Below, in pieces: positions 49,818 through 63,274 of a stretch of 64,000 bases of DNA. Both the position numbers and the translations under genes were made by a program. The notes beneath the pieces were generated by a model that did not search any database, had not been told where the DNA came from, and saw only the letters and a list, made by a program, of their open reading frames with translations. Source of the stretch: Setoptus koraiensis (lineage: Eukaryota; Animalia; Arthropoda); assembly GCA_048013815.1 (NCBI GenBank), contig CM106585.1:12772001-12836000 (forward strand), read 5' to 3'. The number at the start of each line of letters is the position of its first letter. The stretch's first letter is position 1.

Positions 49818-50012
49818 TTGAAGCATTTGCTGCTGATGAATTAGCGTTTGACGTTCTTTTTCTGCTTCGGACAATTGTGCTCTGAATTTGAGAATTTCCT
49901 GTTCCATTTTGTTCATCTCAAACTCAAAGCGATCACGAATAGATTCCAATTCTAAATCTAAATAACTTTGGTTGGACTGCTGCACGGGAACTTGGCGTTC
50001 GTTGCTAGCCAT
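48887..50012 (-). CDS. Small heat-shock protein (alpha-crystallin/HSP20; conserved arthropod Hsp21.4/HSPB1-like type); exons 50012-49281 and 49087-48887; ~310 aa
   Basis: ESIRDRFEFEMNKMEQEILKFRAQL...LQSPLIQEGEEGKVLKLRFDVTQYEPEEIQVKTIDNKLQ|VHARHEEKSENRSVYREYNREFHLPEGTDPELIKSSLSRDGVLTVDCPLP. Phase-0 GT-AG intron of 193 nt. Confidence 0.95.
49134..49176. repeat. 10-bp tandem repeat (ATTGAGACAC) x~4 in the sHSP intron
   Basis: cacacattgagacacattgagacacattgagacacattgaga. Confidence 0.9.
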
Positions 50013-53000
50013 GTTGTTTGTTTTGGATGATGATGTTGTTGTTGTTGTTCGCGTTGAACTTGTCTGTCTCGTTGTGCTAGCCAGTTTTGATATTGTCAAC
50101 TGTTACTGTTACTGTTTTATATTTATATTTTATATCCTATATGCAGCGTTAGCTAGCCTAAGCGAACAAACGTTGTTCTTTATGTTGGTTGTCGTGCTGT
50201 ATGTTGGTTGTCGTGCTGTATGTTGGTTGTTGTGCGTTATGTCGGTTGTGATCAAAATCGCCGGCCTTAATGATGCTCGCTCGCTTTCCAGATAAATGCT
50301 ATTGGTTAGCTGTGATTATCTATACAGAGTGTATCGCTACTTAGATTGACTTTAGACGGATGACGATCGCTCGCAAGCGGCCTCGCTACAACACTGCATA
50401 TAGTGCTACTAGTTAGCAATGGCGCAACGGATGATAGGCAGCGGAGGAGGCAAGAAGGCTTGCTAATTAATTTTACTTATAACAAGAATTATCGCAACCT
50501 TAATGAGCACACTGTTATCTTGTATTTACACTAATATTTATACGCTGCCGCTGCATAATACGCTCGCTGGCTCGCCGCTCATACGCTGGCTTGCCAGCCA
50601 GTCGGCCGTGCACGAACAAATGGGCGCATCAACTAGCATCAGCTCTATTTCGCTCCTCCATTCTAGCTCTAGGCTAGCCAAGTGACGAAACATCCATATA
50701 AATATGCTTATATTCGCCTCATTAGTTATTTGAATATTCTCTAATCGCAACTCTCGCGTGTCTCGCCGTGCACTTCTGTCCGACGACATGCGACACACAC
50801 GATCGCGTCATGCCATACACATAGCCTATGTGACATAGAAGCATCGCTATAAATATATGGATGGATGGCTGGGGGCCCCATCGCTATCTATCCATCTATC
50901 TATATATACATACACACAGATATATCTCTCTCTCTCTCTCTCTCGTTTTCACGGTCCGTCAATGTGACTGACAGCCACTGTTTACGCGCACACTTTTGAT
51001 TGCTCTGCTACTTACCTTTTTCGTTTGGTCTTGTTGACAATAAACTGCAACACTTCTGTTTCACTCTGACGGTTCCCCGGGCTGCCCAGGCGTGTTTCGT
51101 TGACAATTGATTAGTGTCGGTGTCTGGTGACAATGTTGACAGTGTCTCGATTGAATTTCGATTGATTCGATTGCATCAATTCTGTGCCAGTGAGCAAATG
51201 AATCTGTCTGATAGCTCTGCCTTCCAATTTGCTGCTTTTGTCTAGCGCCTCTGATAAAAATAAAACTAAATAAAAGTTTCCTTTGTGTTATATGTATTGC
51301 TAAATGCGCATGAGTGTCACGACAGATTATTTCACTAGTGCCCTTTGCCTTTATTAGAAATAATACACAAATAGAAAAGCATATAGCTCACAAACTGTTT
51401 GTCACAAACATACATATTCACCGCGAGCGCATAGCAGCATTAGTTAGCTAGCTTGGTGCATGCATACCGTAAACATGTGCACCTTTTGTATCCATTTGTG
51501 CTAGCCAGCCTCTAACATGATGATGTCATGCAATGTTTGTATGTCGTTGTGTCTATCAACAACCTCTTAAGTGATTCCAAACGCAAGCTACAAGCCAGCT
51601 CAACATCAGCTCGGGACTGCACCGAGTAGCTGAGCTGATATGTTCTCAATGATGGTCGCTATGCACGCGATAAAAAACAACGACAGCCTAGCGCCTCGAT
51701 CTTTCTCTATCTCGTCCAAGCTACTTGGCGCGCTGATTGACGCCAATAATCCCGATGCCAATGATAAATCAGCGGATAAACATTGATCATGAATATTTGA
51801 TGGCTAAACTCTAACTCATGTATACGCATTAAGAGAGATATAATCTATTGAGTGTGAGAGAGGTGAATTGTAAGAAGCAGTAAGTACAGTGATGAAGAAG
51901 AAGCCATAGTCTCTCGCTCGCTCGCTCACAAACTACGCAAGCTTAATGAGTGTTAGCTCAAATATCTATCAATCATCAATTGGGGCCCGTTTGAGCAACT
52001 TGCTACTCATCATCACAACGCTGTCGCCATTGAATTCTTAGTCGCATCAATTCTGGGCTCAACTCATTAGTTTCAAGTTTCTAGATCTAGCGCAATTAGC
52101 GATATATATATTTTTGGAAACTCACGCAGTGAGCTACTCACTAACGTAGACAAATAACAGGGCAAGATATAAAGGCAACAACTGTACCGGTGCAGTTGGA
52201 TCGAAGCCAAGTCACGGTAGCATCAGGTTCACCATCAATTCACGGTCGCAGTAGCACCGATCGACTAAGACGACTATATATGCAAATGAGCTATGTATCG
52301 GATAGACACACAGATGAATATGCATGCCGAAAGAATGAATCACACACTCATACAAGAGAATTTAAAAATAAAATTAAGCAATAATAAACATTGACAGAGG
52401 TGCATATTCATAATATCTTGAACATTGAACTAGAAATGATTATTAAGCGATCTTGACTAGATAATCCGTACTTTTTTCTCACTAGACGCCAACCAAACAA
52501 CATGATGTTATTATTATTATGCTACAACTTGACATATACAAGCCAACATACAACCTAAATATAACAAGTTCCTAGAAGGAAATAAATCTTCTTCATCTAA
52601 ACCATCCATATTGTAGCAATATTGCCTATGTATCTCTATTATTTATTGTTAAGCTTCTATTTGACTATTTCCAGAGGCAAACATCATCGCAAGGATCTCT
52701 GTATATGTAAAGTGCAGTAGTCATTAAAAAGAGAGCACCAATAAGCATTTTCTCTTGTATTTCAGCTTGTACGCCTATTTGCAGCAATCATTGAAGCCCA
52801 CTTAGGAAGCAGCTTTCACACAAATATCTATTTATCTAGTCTTTTTTACAATCTCTACTCGACAGGGTCTTCAACACACTAAAATTGCAACTAGCTTCGT
52901 AAAAAGGGTGACAATCCTCATTGCTACAACTACTGTGTACTATCTCATTTTAGAGATCAACCATGCCTAGGCCGAGGGTTTTGATTTCATGAATCAATAG

Positions 53001-54003
53001 ATCTATTGAACATTTCAGGGTTGCATTTCCGGATTATCGATGCAACCAAGAAGGTCGAATTTCAACGGGACCAACACTAATCTCTTGACAGTTCGACTCA
53101 ACTATTTCTTCTATACTTTCTGCAAGTCTTCGAAAAAGTTCTTAAGTGACTGTCGAGGTCACATTGTATGACAATGTTGCTAGAGAATGTTGACTAGTAT
53201 CCAAAATGAAGCTATCTGTACATCTGCTGCTGCTGCTGCTTCTAGTTTGATCTACCAGATACTTGAATAAGTTTCCCGCAAACACTCCGGCGATTTGTCA
53301 GCCCACATATCTGAGCTCAAAACTTCTAATAATCATTCACTGCGCGATTTTATCACGAGAGTTTTAAGAGTGATTCGGTCATGACAATCTCACTAAATTC
53401 CTCAACACTATTCTCCATCAATGCTGAGAGGAGTTTCATGGCAATTTCGAAATACATCGGGTCGGATGCAGTTCGTAGAAAGGTTCGCCATTAAGTAAAA
53501 CATGGGACAGCGAGGAGACAAGGGAGAAACAGTGTCTCGCTATATGGACTTTCGAATTTCACCTGTTGTTGTAAGCATGATCGATTGTTATGATGGAGTG
53601 GCGTTGCACGCTCAAATCAGCATCCTGTACGAAAACATTGAACGAAACATCAGACATTATGATCAGGACATAAGAGTAGATTTGTATCCTTCAACGTTAG
53701 ACAGAAAAGTACTCTTTTAGCGTGTGTCATCAGTCAGTTGCTGCTAACTTTGAGTGCAGTCAACCTCTTGAAATTGGTGAAGGAGTTATTTCACAATCAT
53801 CGGGCACCCATAAAGCTAGTTTGCGAACATTTTTTCGCACTGTTTTGGAAAATTTTGAGGTGCTAGAGATCGGCCAGGATCAGATTTTCCATGGAGTTAT
53901 CATGTAAGAATCGTTGAAGTACACGCTACTTGCAATGGTTGAAAATCAATTTATTACCATTATTTTGTCGCGATGAGTTATCTTTAGACATTTAAATAAT
54001 TTA

Positions 54004-55309
54004 TTAATGAGCTAATGCCTGCGGCTGGCCATTGAAAGTATGTGACGTCAATATACCATCCTCTCTTATTATGACAGTTTCGTTTCCATTTTCAAAAATT
54101 CTACGGAGAAAAATAAAGAAAAGAACAAGTTTGTTAGAACTGATCTAAAAGGGAGCTAGTACGAACACACATGAACTAACTTTTTGCATCGGGAACTTAC
54201 TTTTTTGTCTCTACTTTTTTTCCGTCCACAAATCTCACGCAAGTTGTAGTTCGTTTGATCACAGGTCGTTTGTCATTATCAGGGTTTTTTGCTGTATTAT
54301 TTGTTGATATTGGCTTGTCAATAACTATATTTGCTTTGAGAACATGGCCACTAGTTTTAGATCTTGAGAGTTTATTATTCGATTTGGGGCGTCGATCCTC
54401 TGAGGTAAAAGTTGTGTAGGTTGTATATTTTGGCTCATCATTTGACTTTTGTTGGACTCGCGTAACGTTTCCATTTTCGTTTCGACTACGAGGCGCAGCA
54501 TGTTGCTTATGATGACCATTGATAAAATTGATGTTGTTTTTCATATTATTGATGGTAGGTGAAGATTTTGATCGCTGAAAGCCGAATCCAGGCGCGAATA
54601 AGCTAGGTCCAAAGCCAGACGTTTGAAAGAATGGATCTTTGAAATGTGAGAAAGAATTTTGCTCAATCAAGTCAAAAAAATTTGCGAATGGATCTTTATG
54701 TCCAAAGAAATCTCTGAAAACATCATCAGCCGCTCTGAACGCAGAAAAGAATGATTCATTGAACATGTTATCGAATGGACCTTGGTGATGATGATGGTGC
54801 CGTTGGTTTTGTTGATTTTCCGATGAACGATGGGAATGACGGTTGTGATTCGAGTAACTCCGCTGTTGGAAGTCCCTCGTGACCCCTTCTTTGCCATATT
54901 TATCATAAAGCTTTCTTTTTTGATCTTTGTGTCGAGCATGAAGAAGAAAAAAAAATAAGAATTATTGACTTGACTCTAAAACTTGATTCATTCTTTATGA
55001 TTTCAATCACGAAGTTGCACTCACTGTCAGATAGGACCTCATAGGCTTCAGCTAGCCTTTTAAACTTCCTTTCGGCCTCTTCTTTGCGATCTGGATTTTT
55101 ATCTGGATGCCATCTTAGCGCCAATTTTCGGTATCTGTGATGAGAAATAAGTACAAAAGTCTGTGAGTTCTTGTGATCGCAATATACAGAATTTACAAGT
55201 AAAAAGTTGTGATATGAACTTACGCTTTTTTTATATCTGCATCATCAGCGTCTCTACTAATACCGAGTATTGAATAATAGCATGCATCTTGATTACTTTC
55301 GAGCACCAT
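54004..55309 (-). CDS. DNAJB6: DnaJ/Hsp40 class B, DNAJB6/MRJ-like; exons 55309-55224, 55134-55025, 54924-54201, 54100-54004
   Basis: J domain [19 protein letters not shown]|[14 protein letters not shown]...[13 protein letters not shown]|[16 protein letters not shown] region [16 protein letters not shown]-terminal [16 protein letters not shown]|[25 protein letters not shown]. Introns of 89, 100 and 100 nt are all phase-consistent. Confidence 0.93.
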
Positions 55310-57265
55310 CTTGAATGGCAATTCATCAAGAGAGTCGATAAATAATTTCTGTATATAATAACTGCAACAACGGGAACGATCTTGTTCTTGTGTAAATTCC
55401 GGTCTAGTAATTTCACAGAGCAGTCGATTATCACTCAAAAGGTTTTCTGAATTGTGTTTGTATCAATAGTAATGTCTTGATTGTCAAACGATTTTTGTTT
55501 TTCTTCGAAATAATTTGCTTAATAATTTCTAGCGATATAACAAAAATCGAGTTCTTGCTTTTTTTTTTATAAATTCTTCACTGCTTGATATAATAATAAT
55601 GTGATTACAGACAAAGATTATGCCTGGCTATGCGCTCAGAATTTTGACTAATTTTCCCAAACTAGCTGCAATAAACTCTTTAAATGTTGAACAATAGTAA
55701 TAAGTTTGTGTGTTTCTCAATAGAAGATTTCGAATAATGTATTAATGATCTAAAATTTAATGTACCAATAGTTGTCGATGGAAAAGAATCGAACTTGTTG
55801 TTGTTCGAATCTTTGTGGCGGCAGTCATATAAAGAGGTATTGCTGTTGTGATATAAGTTGCTGCGCAAGAAAGGCTAATATTGGCTTGCTGAAACTAAAA
55901 TTCATTCGCAATTGAAGCTGATGGCATCTAACTGTAAATATGATTTAGTGGTCAGCGGAGTATTCGTTTGATGTTGCTGTAGGAAAGGATAACGGTCAAA
56001 CTTTTAAGTGTGTCAGTGTTTAACAGCGAGTTACCATAAAAGCGACATTTGGGAAGCGCCAAAGTTGTTCTGCCGGGATTGCTAATAAAGTGTGGGTGTT
56101 GGTGGTAGTAACACACTTGGACAATAACATTTGGGTGGGTCCTGTTTGATAAGATACAGCAGCAACAGATGTTGTCGGTTGGCCAATGGACAGCGGCGGC
56201 AAGTTGTTTGGCCAGGCAATTGGACTCACACACGCTCGTACACACATTAAATCGCCTTTTGGCGTGTGGAAGGGACAGGTGGTGGTAGTAATAAGCGGTC
56301 TTGTAGTGCAGTAGTTGATTTTGGTAGATGACCGACGTTATGCAACGGTTTTGTTGTTGCTGCTGATGTTGAGTATGATGTTGTGCCGGTGCTAAGGTTC
56401 ATTTATTGTACCATTATCGAATGAATACAGAGTATATAAATAAAAAAAAAATGACTGAAATTGTGAGCGTGTGTGTTGTGCTGTGATAACCCTTTTGGTA
56501 CAGTCGCTCGCTGAGTATTTTGTATTGAGTGAGTTGAACAGTTGATAGTGTGCTCCAATTTTATTATATCCTCCTTGTTGTTGTTTCTAGATAGCAGTCA
56601 CTTGGTAGTGGTGAGATGATGAAGCTTCATTAGAGTGTGAAAGGTTTGTTGTGTTTGCCGTTGTGAGTATTGCATAACAGCAGCAACAGTTCAATCAGAG
56701 AGTAGTGTTACATGTGGCAGTGTGTTGCAGCCAAAAAGTGTAGCGAGTGTTTTGCCGAGTGTATTCCGCTGTGTGTTTTTATTTCATGGTGTGTGTGTGT
56801 GTATGACTCACAAATAGGCTAGTTGATAGGATAGTTGATGGTATCAGCTTGAGTAGCTGGCGCTGTTGTCGCTGGCCAGTATTCACGAATATCATACAAA
56901 GAATTATTGCAAAGAATTGTTGTTGTTGTTGCGATTGCTGCTGCAATGCATCACTGTTGGCTCAACAACAATGTGCTATTGTCCGTATTTTGCGATATTT
57001 TTATCAATATTATCAATGGCGAGTGTGAGCAATGTGTGGCAAGCTGAAGCGGGATCCCGTTTCATTTGTTATCTTATTTGTCTTTTGCTCATTCGTTGCC
57101 TGTTTGCGGACGGCGTGTCTGTGCGTGAGGGTATCAGTGTTATTGAGGTATTAATAATGATAAATAATAATAATAATTTCCTATACGACGTGCACCGAGC
57201 ATTGGAATTTCCGAATTGGAAGGACACAATAACAGCAGCGGTAATAAATAATGGTTCTCCGGGCC

Positions 57266-57390
57266 GACAGTTCGACGGTTCGATTGCGCGTTTGCTCGAC
57301 AGTTCGACGGTTCGTTTGCGCGTTTGCTCGTCAGTTAGACAGTTCGGCGGTTCGTTTGCGCGTTTGCTCGTCAGTTAGACAGTTCGGCGG
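57266..57390. repeat. 32-40-bp CpG-rich tandem repeat, ~3.5 copies
   Basis: Units of gacagttcg(a/g)cggttcg(a/t)ttgcgcgtttgctcg(tcagtta) placed head to tail with no unique spacers. Confidence 0.9.
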
Positions 57391-60300
57391 CTCGTGGGCT
57401 CGTGGCTCGATCGCCCGACTGATGGGTGCTAATGGCGAGTGATTAATAATAATAACAATGAGAGTATTGTGTTTTCCGATGTGTGCATACAGCTGGCTGG
57501 CCGATCCGGCCGAGTCGAACGGGATTGTCGAATGAGTAAATTTAACGGGCCAGTAATGAGTTTACAGACTGCCAGCGCGAGTGGACGGCATCTCGCTGAT
57601 CGAATGTGTGTGTATAATCACTCGTTATATACAGTGATGCGGTTCATTTGTTGCGCTGCAAAAGTGCAAAAGTAAAAAGTTGGCAAAAATTCTCTCTCTC
57701 TCTCGCTGCGTTCGCTTGCTTGGCGCGTCTCTGTGTGCGTGTGCGCGTTTACGTACGCCGAGTCTGCACAAGCGAGTCTGTACAAGTTGTACAGTACAAA
57801 TTGCACTGTACAAGTATAGTGAGTACAAGTGAGTTGCAGACGAAATTGACTCAGCCGCCGATTGGCGGTGTGCGTGATTGTGCGTAGTGGCGCACACTCG
57901 AGCGACTGTGTCGAACTTTGCCTTGGGTGTGTGTGTAGAATCGTATCGAAAGTGGCGAACTCGTGAGCTCAATTCGTCACTCGCACCACCATTATTGTCT
58001 TTGCGCCTGTACGCAACACGTTACACGGCGCAATACAGCCAACGTTGTGAGATTGTGGCTGCGTTACCAGCTTTGGACGCGCCTATATTGCGCGTCACTC
58101 TTTTGGGCTCGCAAAGGCTCGTCTTGCAAATTTGAAAGTTGAGTTTTGGTTAACAAGTTGACTTGCGACACGCCACTCTGTACAGTGCAATGATCAGAAA
58201 TTTCGCGCCCATTCGATCAAGATGGACGCACCGCGATCGCTCGCGAGTCGCGACTCGAGTCGAGAGAGAATTTGTTCTCCCCCGACTCACGGGCTCGACT
58301 CAAGGGATCCGACTCAAGGCTTTGAGACTCAGTTGATTGTATGGGGCCGCCCGATCGAACGTTGATCACCAAACAGCTGACAGTGCCGTGCAGCTTGCCG
58401 TGGCTATGCAACGCTCGTTGTGCTCACAATAGCGACTCAACTTTTGTTTATGCCATTCGCTTGTGCATTGTGAACCATCGAGGCCGCATGCGAATAATTG
58501 AGAATAACAATAGTCGTTGTTCGCATAGTCTTAATCCAATTAGCTTTGCTAAGGCCGCTTGCTGGAGGTGGCAACTACAGATATTCTACAATTATTATCG
58601 CTATTATTATTGCCTTCGTCGTCGGCATCATCACCGACACACAACCTGTGAATTGGCGCGGAGTTGCCGTTTATTATCTTTTATGATTGCTGGATAGAAT
58701 CAACACACAAACTTGGAACAAAATAACTTGCAGAAGAAGCAGCTACTTGGATAAGATGCAAATTTTTCACTTTACTCAACATACACAGCGACTACAACAA
58801 ACATTGAACAGGACTGATACGCAAATGAGGTGCACGCACTTGAACTAAACATGCCTAGACATTACAGTTTGTTGTTGGCTGTGAAAGATACTCGCAAACG
58901 GCAAGACACACACACACACACTATGGTAACAACTGACATTTGCGGTAATATCTCGTTATAAGCTTACACGCTAGCAATAGAGACAAGTAGGCGCATGTAG
59001 GCGAGACATCATCACTTTAACATCCTTTAACATAGGTATTCGGGCCTTCGATGCCACCCAAAGAGTTTCTCTATCTCTTCTCTATTTAAAGACAATTTTC
59101 AGATAGTCTCAAGTTTACACCGTGAATGTGCACCGCTACTACTGTCTGTAACAATGTTAGTTGTAAATTCCTTGGCAGCACACATTCAAACCCCTATCAA
59201 GTTGTTTGGATAAATCAAGAAACGATAAGCCAATAACATAGCCATACTCACAGTTAACAGTCAGTATTCTTTTTGTCACTGCTTACAGCTGCAAGACACG
59301 AGGAATACATCTGTGGTTGAGTTGAGCAAAAATTCTCATTGCTTTGTAGCTTTGTCTTAATTACTCATATATCTACTGCTATCACTAATATTCTAGCATT
59401 AACTGTGTTGAAGTATTGTTTTGACAGTTACAGTAAGCTGATGTTCTAGGCGAACAACACTAAAGCTCACGAATCACACACGTCTGTATGTCACTTCTAA
59501 ATATCTGATATATGAAGAAGAAAATATCACATGTGCGTGGTAATAACCATGCGAGACATAAATGCTTATTATGTTGGCTTGTAAATCTCATCAGTATTTC
59601 ATCAGCCTCATAATGATTAGTCGAGCGAGTTTTTATTTTATAAGTTCAATCGCTCGTGCGTGCATTATAAATAGGCATGACGTAATGCATACATGGCGGT
59701 CATTAGAAAAACTAAACTGTTACCGTATGTGAGTTACTATACTACAGTGTATATGTTATTTCCTATATTTTTTTTTCAGAGTTATCGGTGCATCTTGCAT
59801 ACCACCACTGGATACATCAACAACGGAATATGCACAAAATTCTCCATTTAAGATAACTGGATCATTAACTAGCTGATCATGTCACCTCGTTCGCACTTGT
59901 TAGTTAACAAATATTTTCCCATAAGCTTCGTGATGGTATATGATTTTTAGATAACTAACTGCTTGTGCTAATATTCGTTACAGGATTGTTACTGTCACTA
60001 CAATATTACAAGAAACTAAAGCGAAAAGCTAAAAAACCAAAAGCTGACAAATGTGACCCTGGTTCGTGCACGACCATGCAGTTGCTACTTACTTGGTGCA
60101 ATGAATGTTTTAGTTGGTTCCTAAATATGCCCAATTCACACTGTTAAGTTAAATTAGAATCATTCCAACATTGATTGAGGCGAATTTCAGATCTCTCTCG
60201 GTCGCTAACAAATAGATCCGAATAGGTCACTGTTGCCAGATGGTAGAGAAATGGTGGTTTATTTTAGTGCGCTCAGTTATAGTTACCATTTTAGTAGCAG

Positions 60301-62984
60301 TTACACAGTATTGGCTGGAGATAAAAGAAAAGAAACGTTTCGAATCTCGCTAATAGTGAACGGTTATCAGTGTGTGTCAGAAAAGATGAACAATGGCATC
60401 TGTATCAATAACAACAAGTAACAACCAAGTGAAAGAATCCGGCTTACTTGGCTCACGAGAAGGATTCACTCCAAGGCGGGCACCTGTGCAAAAAAAGTAT
60501 TCACCTGTGTATCACCAATTATATTTGAGTCTCGTTAATTCAATAATCGAAACTAACTACATGGGATGACAAGTATTAGATTTGCTATCGCAAGTTCAAG
60601 TCACGAGCTTTCAAATTCTTTCCTTCGCTCACTCGGCTGCCCACGCATCTCAGAGAGAAGTATCTAAGATGAGCAATTGTCCCATCGTTGTTTGCATTGC
60701 TTGAGTTATCAAGTTACAACCAACAACATTTGACTTGGCAGCAATCGAGTGAAATGAAATGATAATTAGCATAAACAAATTCACCATCAATGCAATTGCC
60801 CATCTAATCAATCAGTTTGCCCCTCCTGCTGCCATGAGTCAATCATCGGTAAAGGTAGTTGCTTATCATTAAGGGAGGAGTAAGGGAGGAACAGAAATTG
60901 TAATAACTACAGGTCATACTGTAGTCATGATCAGTATTGTATATTTCTAAGATATTTCTAACTAGAGAGCCAAATGATAAAAAATAGGATGCAAACAGTA
61001 AATAACATAAAAATATAGAAAAGAAAGAATTCCAGAGTAATATTGCCTCTTTCATCGTGCTGCCGGCGATACCGTTCGTATATTCGAGGCATTGATATGA
61101 TGTGACATAAAAGTTTACAACAGCATCTAAACTGCAGCATTCTCTCTCTTTTACAGCAACTTCTTCAGCTAAACAAAGTCTGTATTTGTGTGCCATCTCA
61201 TTATTTTTGGCCTCATGTTGTATCACTCGTAATCCTTTCTGTTTGCTGCGTCAATCGATGAATGATCTAGCATGTGCGCCTCGAAAAGAAACACTAAAGA
61301 AGGCAAAGATTGTTGTGGCACTATCAGATCAGATCGGATCAGCACTTGTGACTAACTACTAAAGCGGTGGATACACTATGATGATATGACATCATTATCA
61401 TTATCGTGTGCATTCACCAAATTATCATTGCAACTATCCGTCTATCTTCTCTTGACACAGTGCGTACGTAGACAGTAAAAAAAGAATAGACTTTGTTCAT
61501 GATTGTGTGTGATGTATCTTTGTATTCTACTTCCATATTACCACTGCCATTACAATCGACCATTGCTGCTGCTACCATGACCCCCCTAATAATAAAAGAG
61601 TAACCAACTATCGTATCTTGGACCTTGGGGACACAAATCGATCGCGAACTGTGTGTGAAATGGGAGCACATTCTTTTGATACATGCCATGAGATGACATG
61701 TTCTCGATTATATGTCCAGATGACTTTAATTAGCGACACTCATCAATCAAATTAGAGGAGAAAATCAAATTTTCGAATTGGGCCTAAGCGACTGACAGCA
61801 ACAACCGATGGTACAGCCCAACAAGATTACACAATTATTACTGACAGTTGTATAAATTGTGGCCCGGCTGCCTACCTCCATTATCTCTCTTCAGTCGTCA
61901 TGAATGGTTTTATCCACTGCAGTCAACTTGAATCGTTTGTTAGCTCACTATAAAATACTGTCATTAATCATGACTCGCTTACAAGCCAAATGCACAATAT
62001 TGTTATCAACAGAATAACGAGATAAGTTTTTTCTTCTGCGGAAAGTTGTTGATTCTTTTCTCTGCTTATTTGCTTTGGAAAAGCCACAAGTCAAGAAGAT
62101 AATGTGTGCGTGCGAGCAAAAAGAAGTAATCATAGTATTCATTCCACTTGTCACTTGTTGTTTACTTACTGGCAAATTGTTTATCTTTCAAATTGGTATT
62201 CACACACACATTAGCAACATTAGCCGAATGGCAACAAGTGTCGCGAATACCACCGTGGCGTAAACATTATCTGTTGTTATTATGAGTATGCGATATTATA
62301 TAACTTTCCCCAAAATTATTGAGAACTATTGAGCAATAGTGATGGATTTGTTATTATTGTTGCATAAATTAGAAACGATTAAGTGTGCAGGCGAATGCGA
62401 TAGTATCTCAAATGTGAATCTAACAATCTCTTTAGGTATCAGGCATCATGTGGTTTAGCGCAGGGTGATTCTGTACCTGTGTTTAAAGATCTTGCTGCTT
62501 GTTCCTGCTTCTTACAAATTAGTTGGTTCCAAGGTTATTCAAGGTTTCTATTGCGATTCGCTGTGACAGATTAGCATCTCTTGCAAAGTTATATCCCAGG
62601 TTTTGCTGTAGTGCTGCTGAACATGTGATAATTTATTTTTTAACGAAAAACCTTGAATGGTTGCTATGGGCTTTTCCCTATCAGAGTAAGTAAGCGTGAG
62701 TTAAATGAGCGGGGAGAAGCCGGAATAACAAATCTAACACCCAATAAATATGTCAAACCAGATGATTGCCCACTAATTCAACAAACAATTTTTAGCGAAC
62801 GAGTACTATCGACACTTGGATAGCTCTCCGGGCGCAGCTCGCCAGAGTATAAAATGGCCAAAACCACCAACAAATGCTCATAGTCACAATATTGTCGTAG
62901 CAGCAGTTATTAGCTTGATAAACTTCCAATTTTACAATACCCAAACTTGATATTCATTCCAAACAACAAATACCAATCAACAAA

Positions 62985-63274
62985 ATGAAATTCACAGCCA
63001 TCATAATTCTTGTTTTGTGCATGTTAGCCGCTATGTTTACCGGACCTGAAAGCCAGGCCGTAGCCCACAGACGCGGAGGATACAGAGGTGAGTCAGACCA
63101 GTTAAATTGATTAGTTAATTTCAACGGTAGCTTCAAAATCGAGCGCTTCAATATGGGAACTATGTTGCTAATCACACTAATTGATTCATTGATACAGGCT
63201 ACCGTGGAGGTTACGGCGGCGGACGCGGCTACTACGGAGGAGGTTACGGACGTCGTGGATATTACCACGGTTGA
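62985..63274 (+). CDS. Small secreted Gly/Tyr/Arg-rich peptide, 59 aa; exons 62985-63087 and 63198-63274
   Basis: MKFTAIIILVLCMLAAMFTGPESQAVAHRRGGYRG|YRGGYGGGRGYYGGGYGRRGYYHG*. Context caaaATG, donor G|GTGAGT at 63088, acceptor GATACAG at 63197 (110 nt, phase 1). Absent from the ORF track. Confidence 0.88.

Noticed and set aside
50732-50744. GAAtaTTCtcTAA heat-shock-element-like site upstream of the sHSP
   Set aside because: Only two perfect nGAAn units, which is expected by chance in AT-rich DNA.
53250-53910. Consecutive short plus-strand ORFs downstream of DNAJB6 (possible pseudogene or viral relic)
   Set aside because: The ORFs are in different frames, with no recognisable motif and no splice-consistent model.
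57266-57390. 32-40-bp repeats considered as a CRISPR-like array
   Set aside because: The units are head-to-tail with no unique spacers, there are no cas genes, and the context is eukaryotic.
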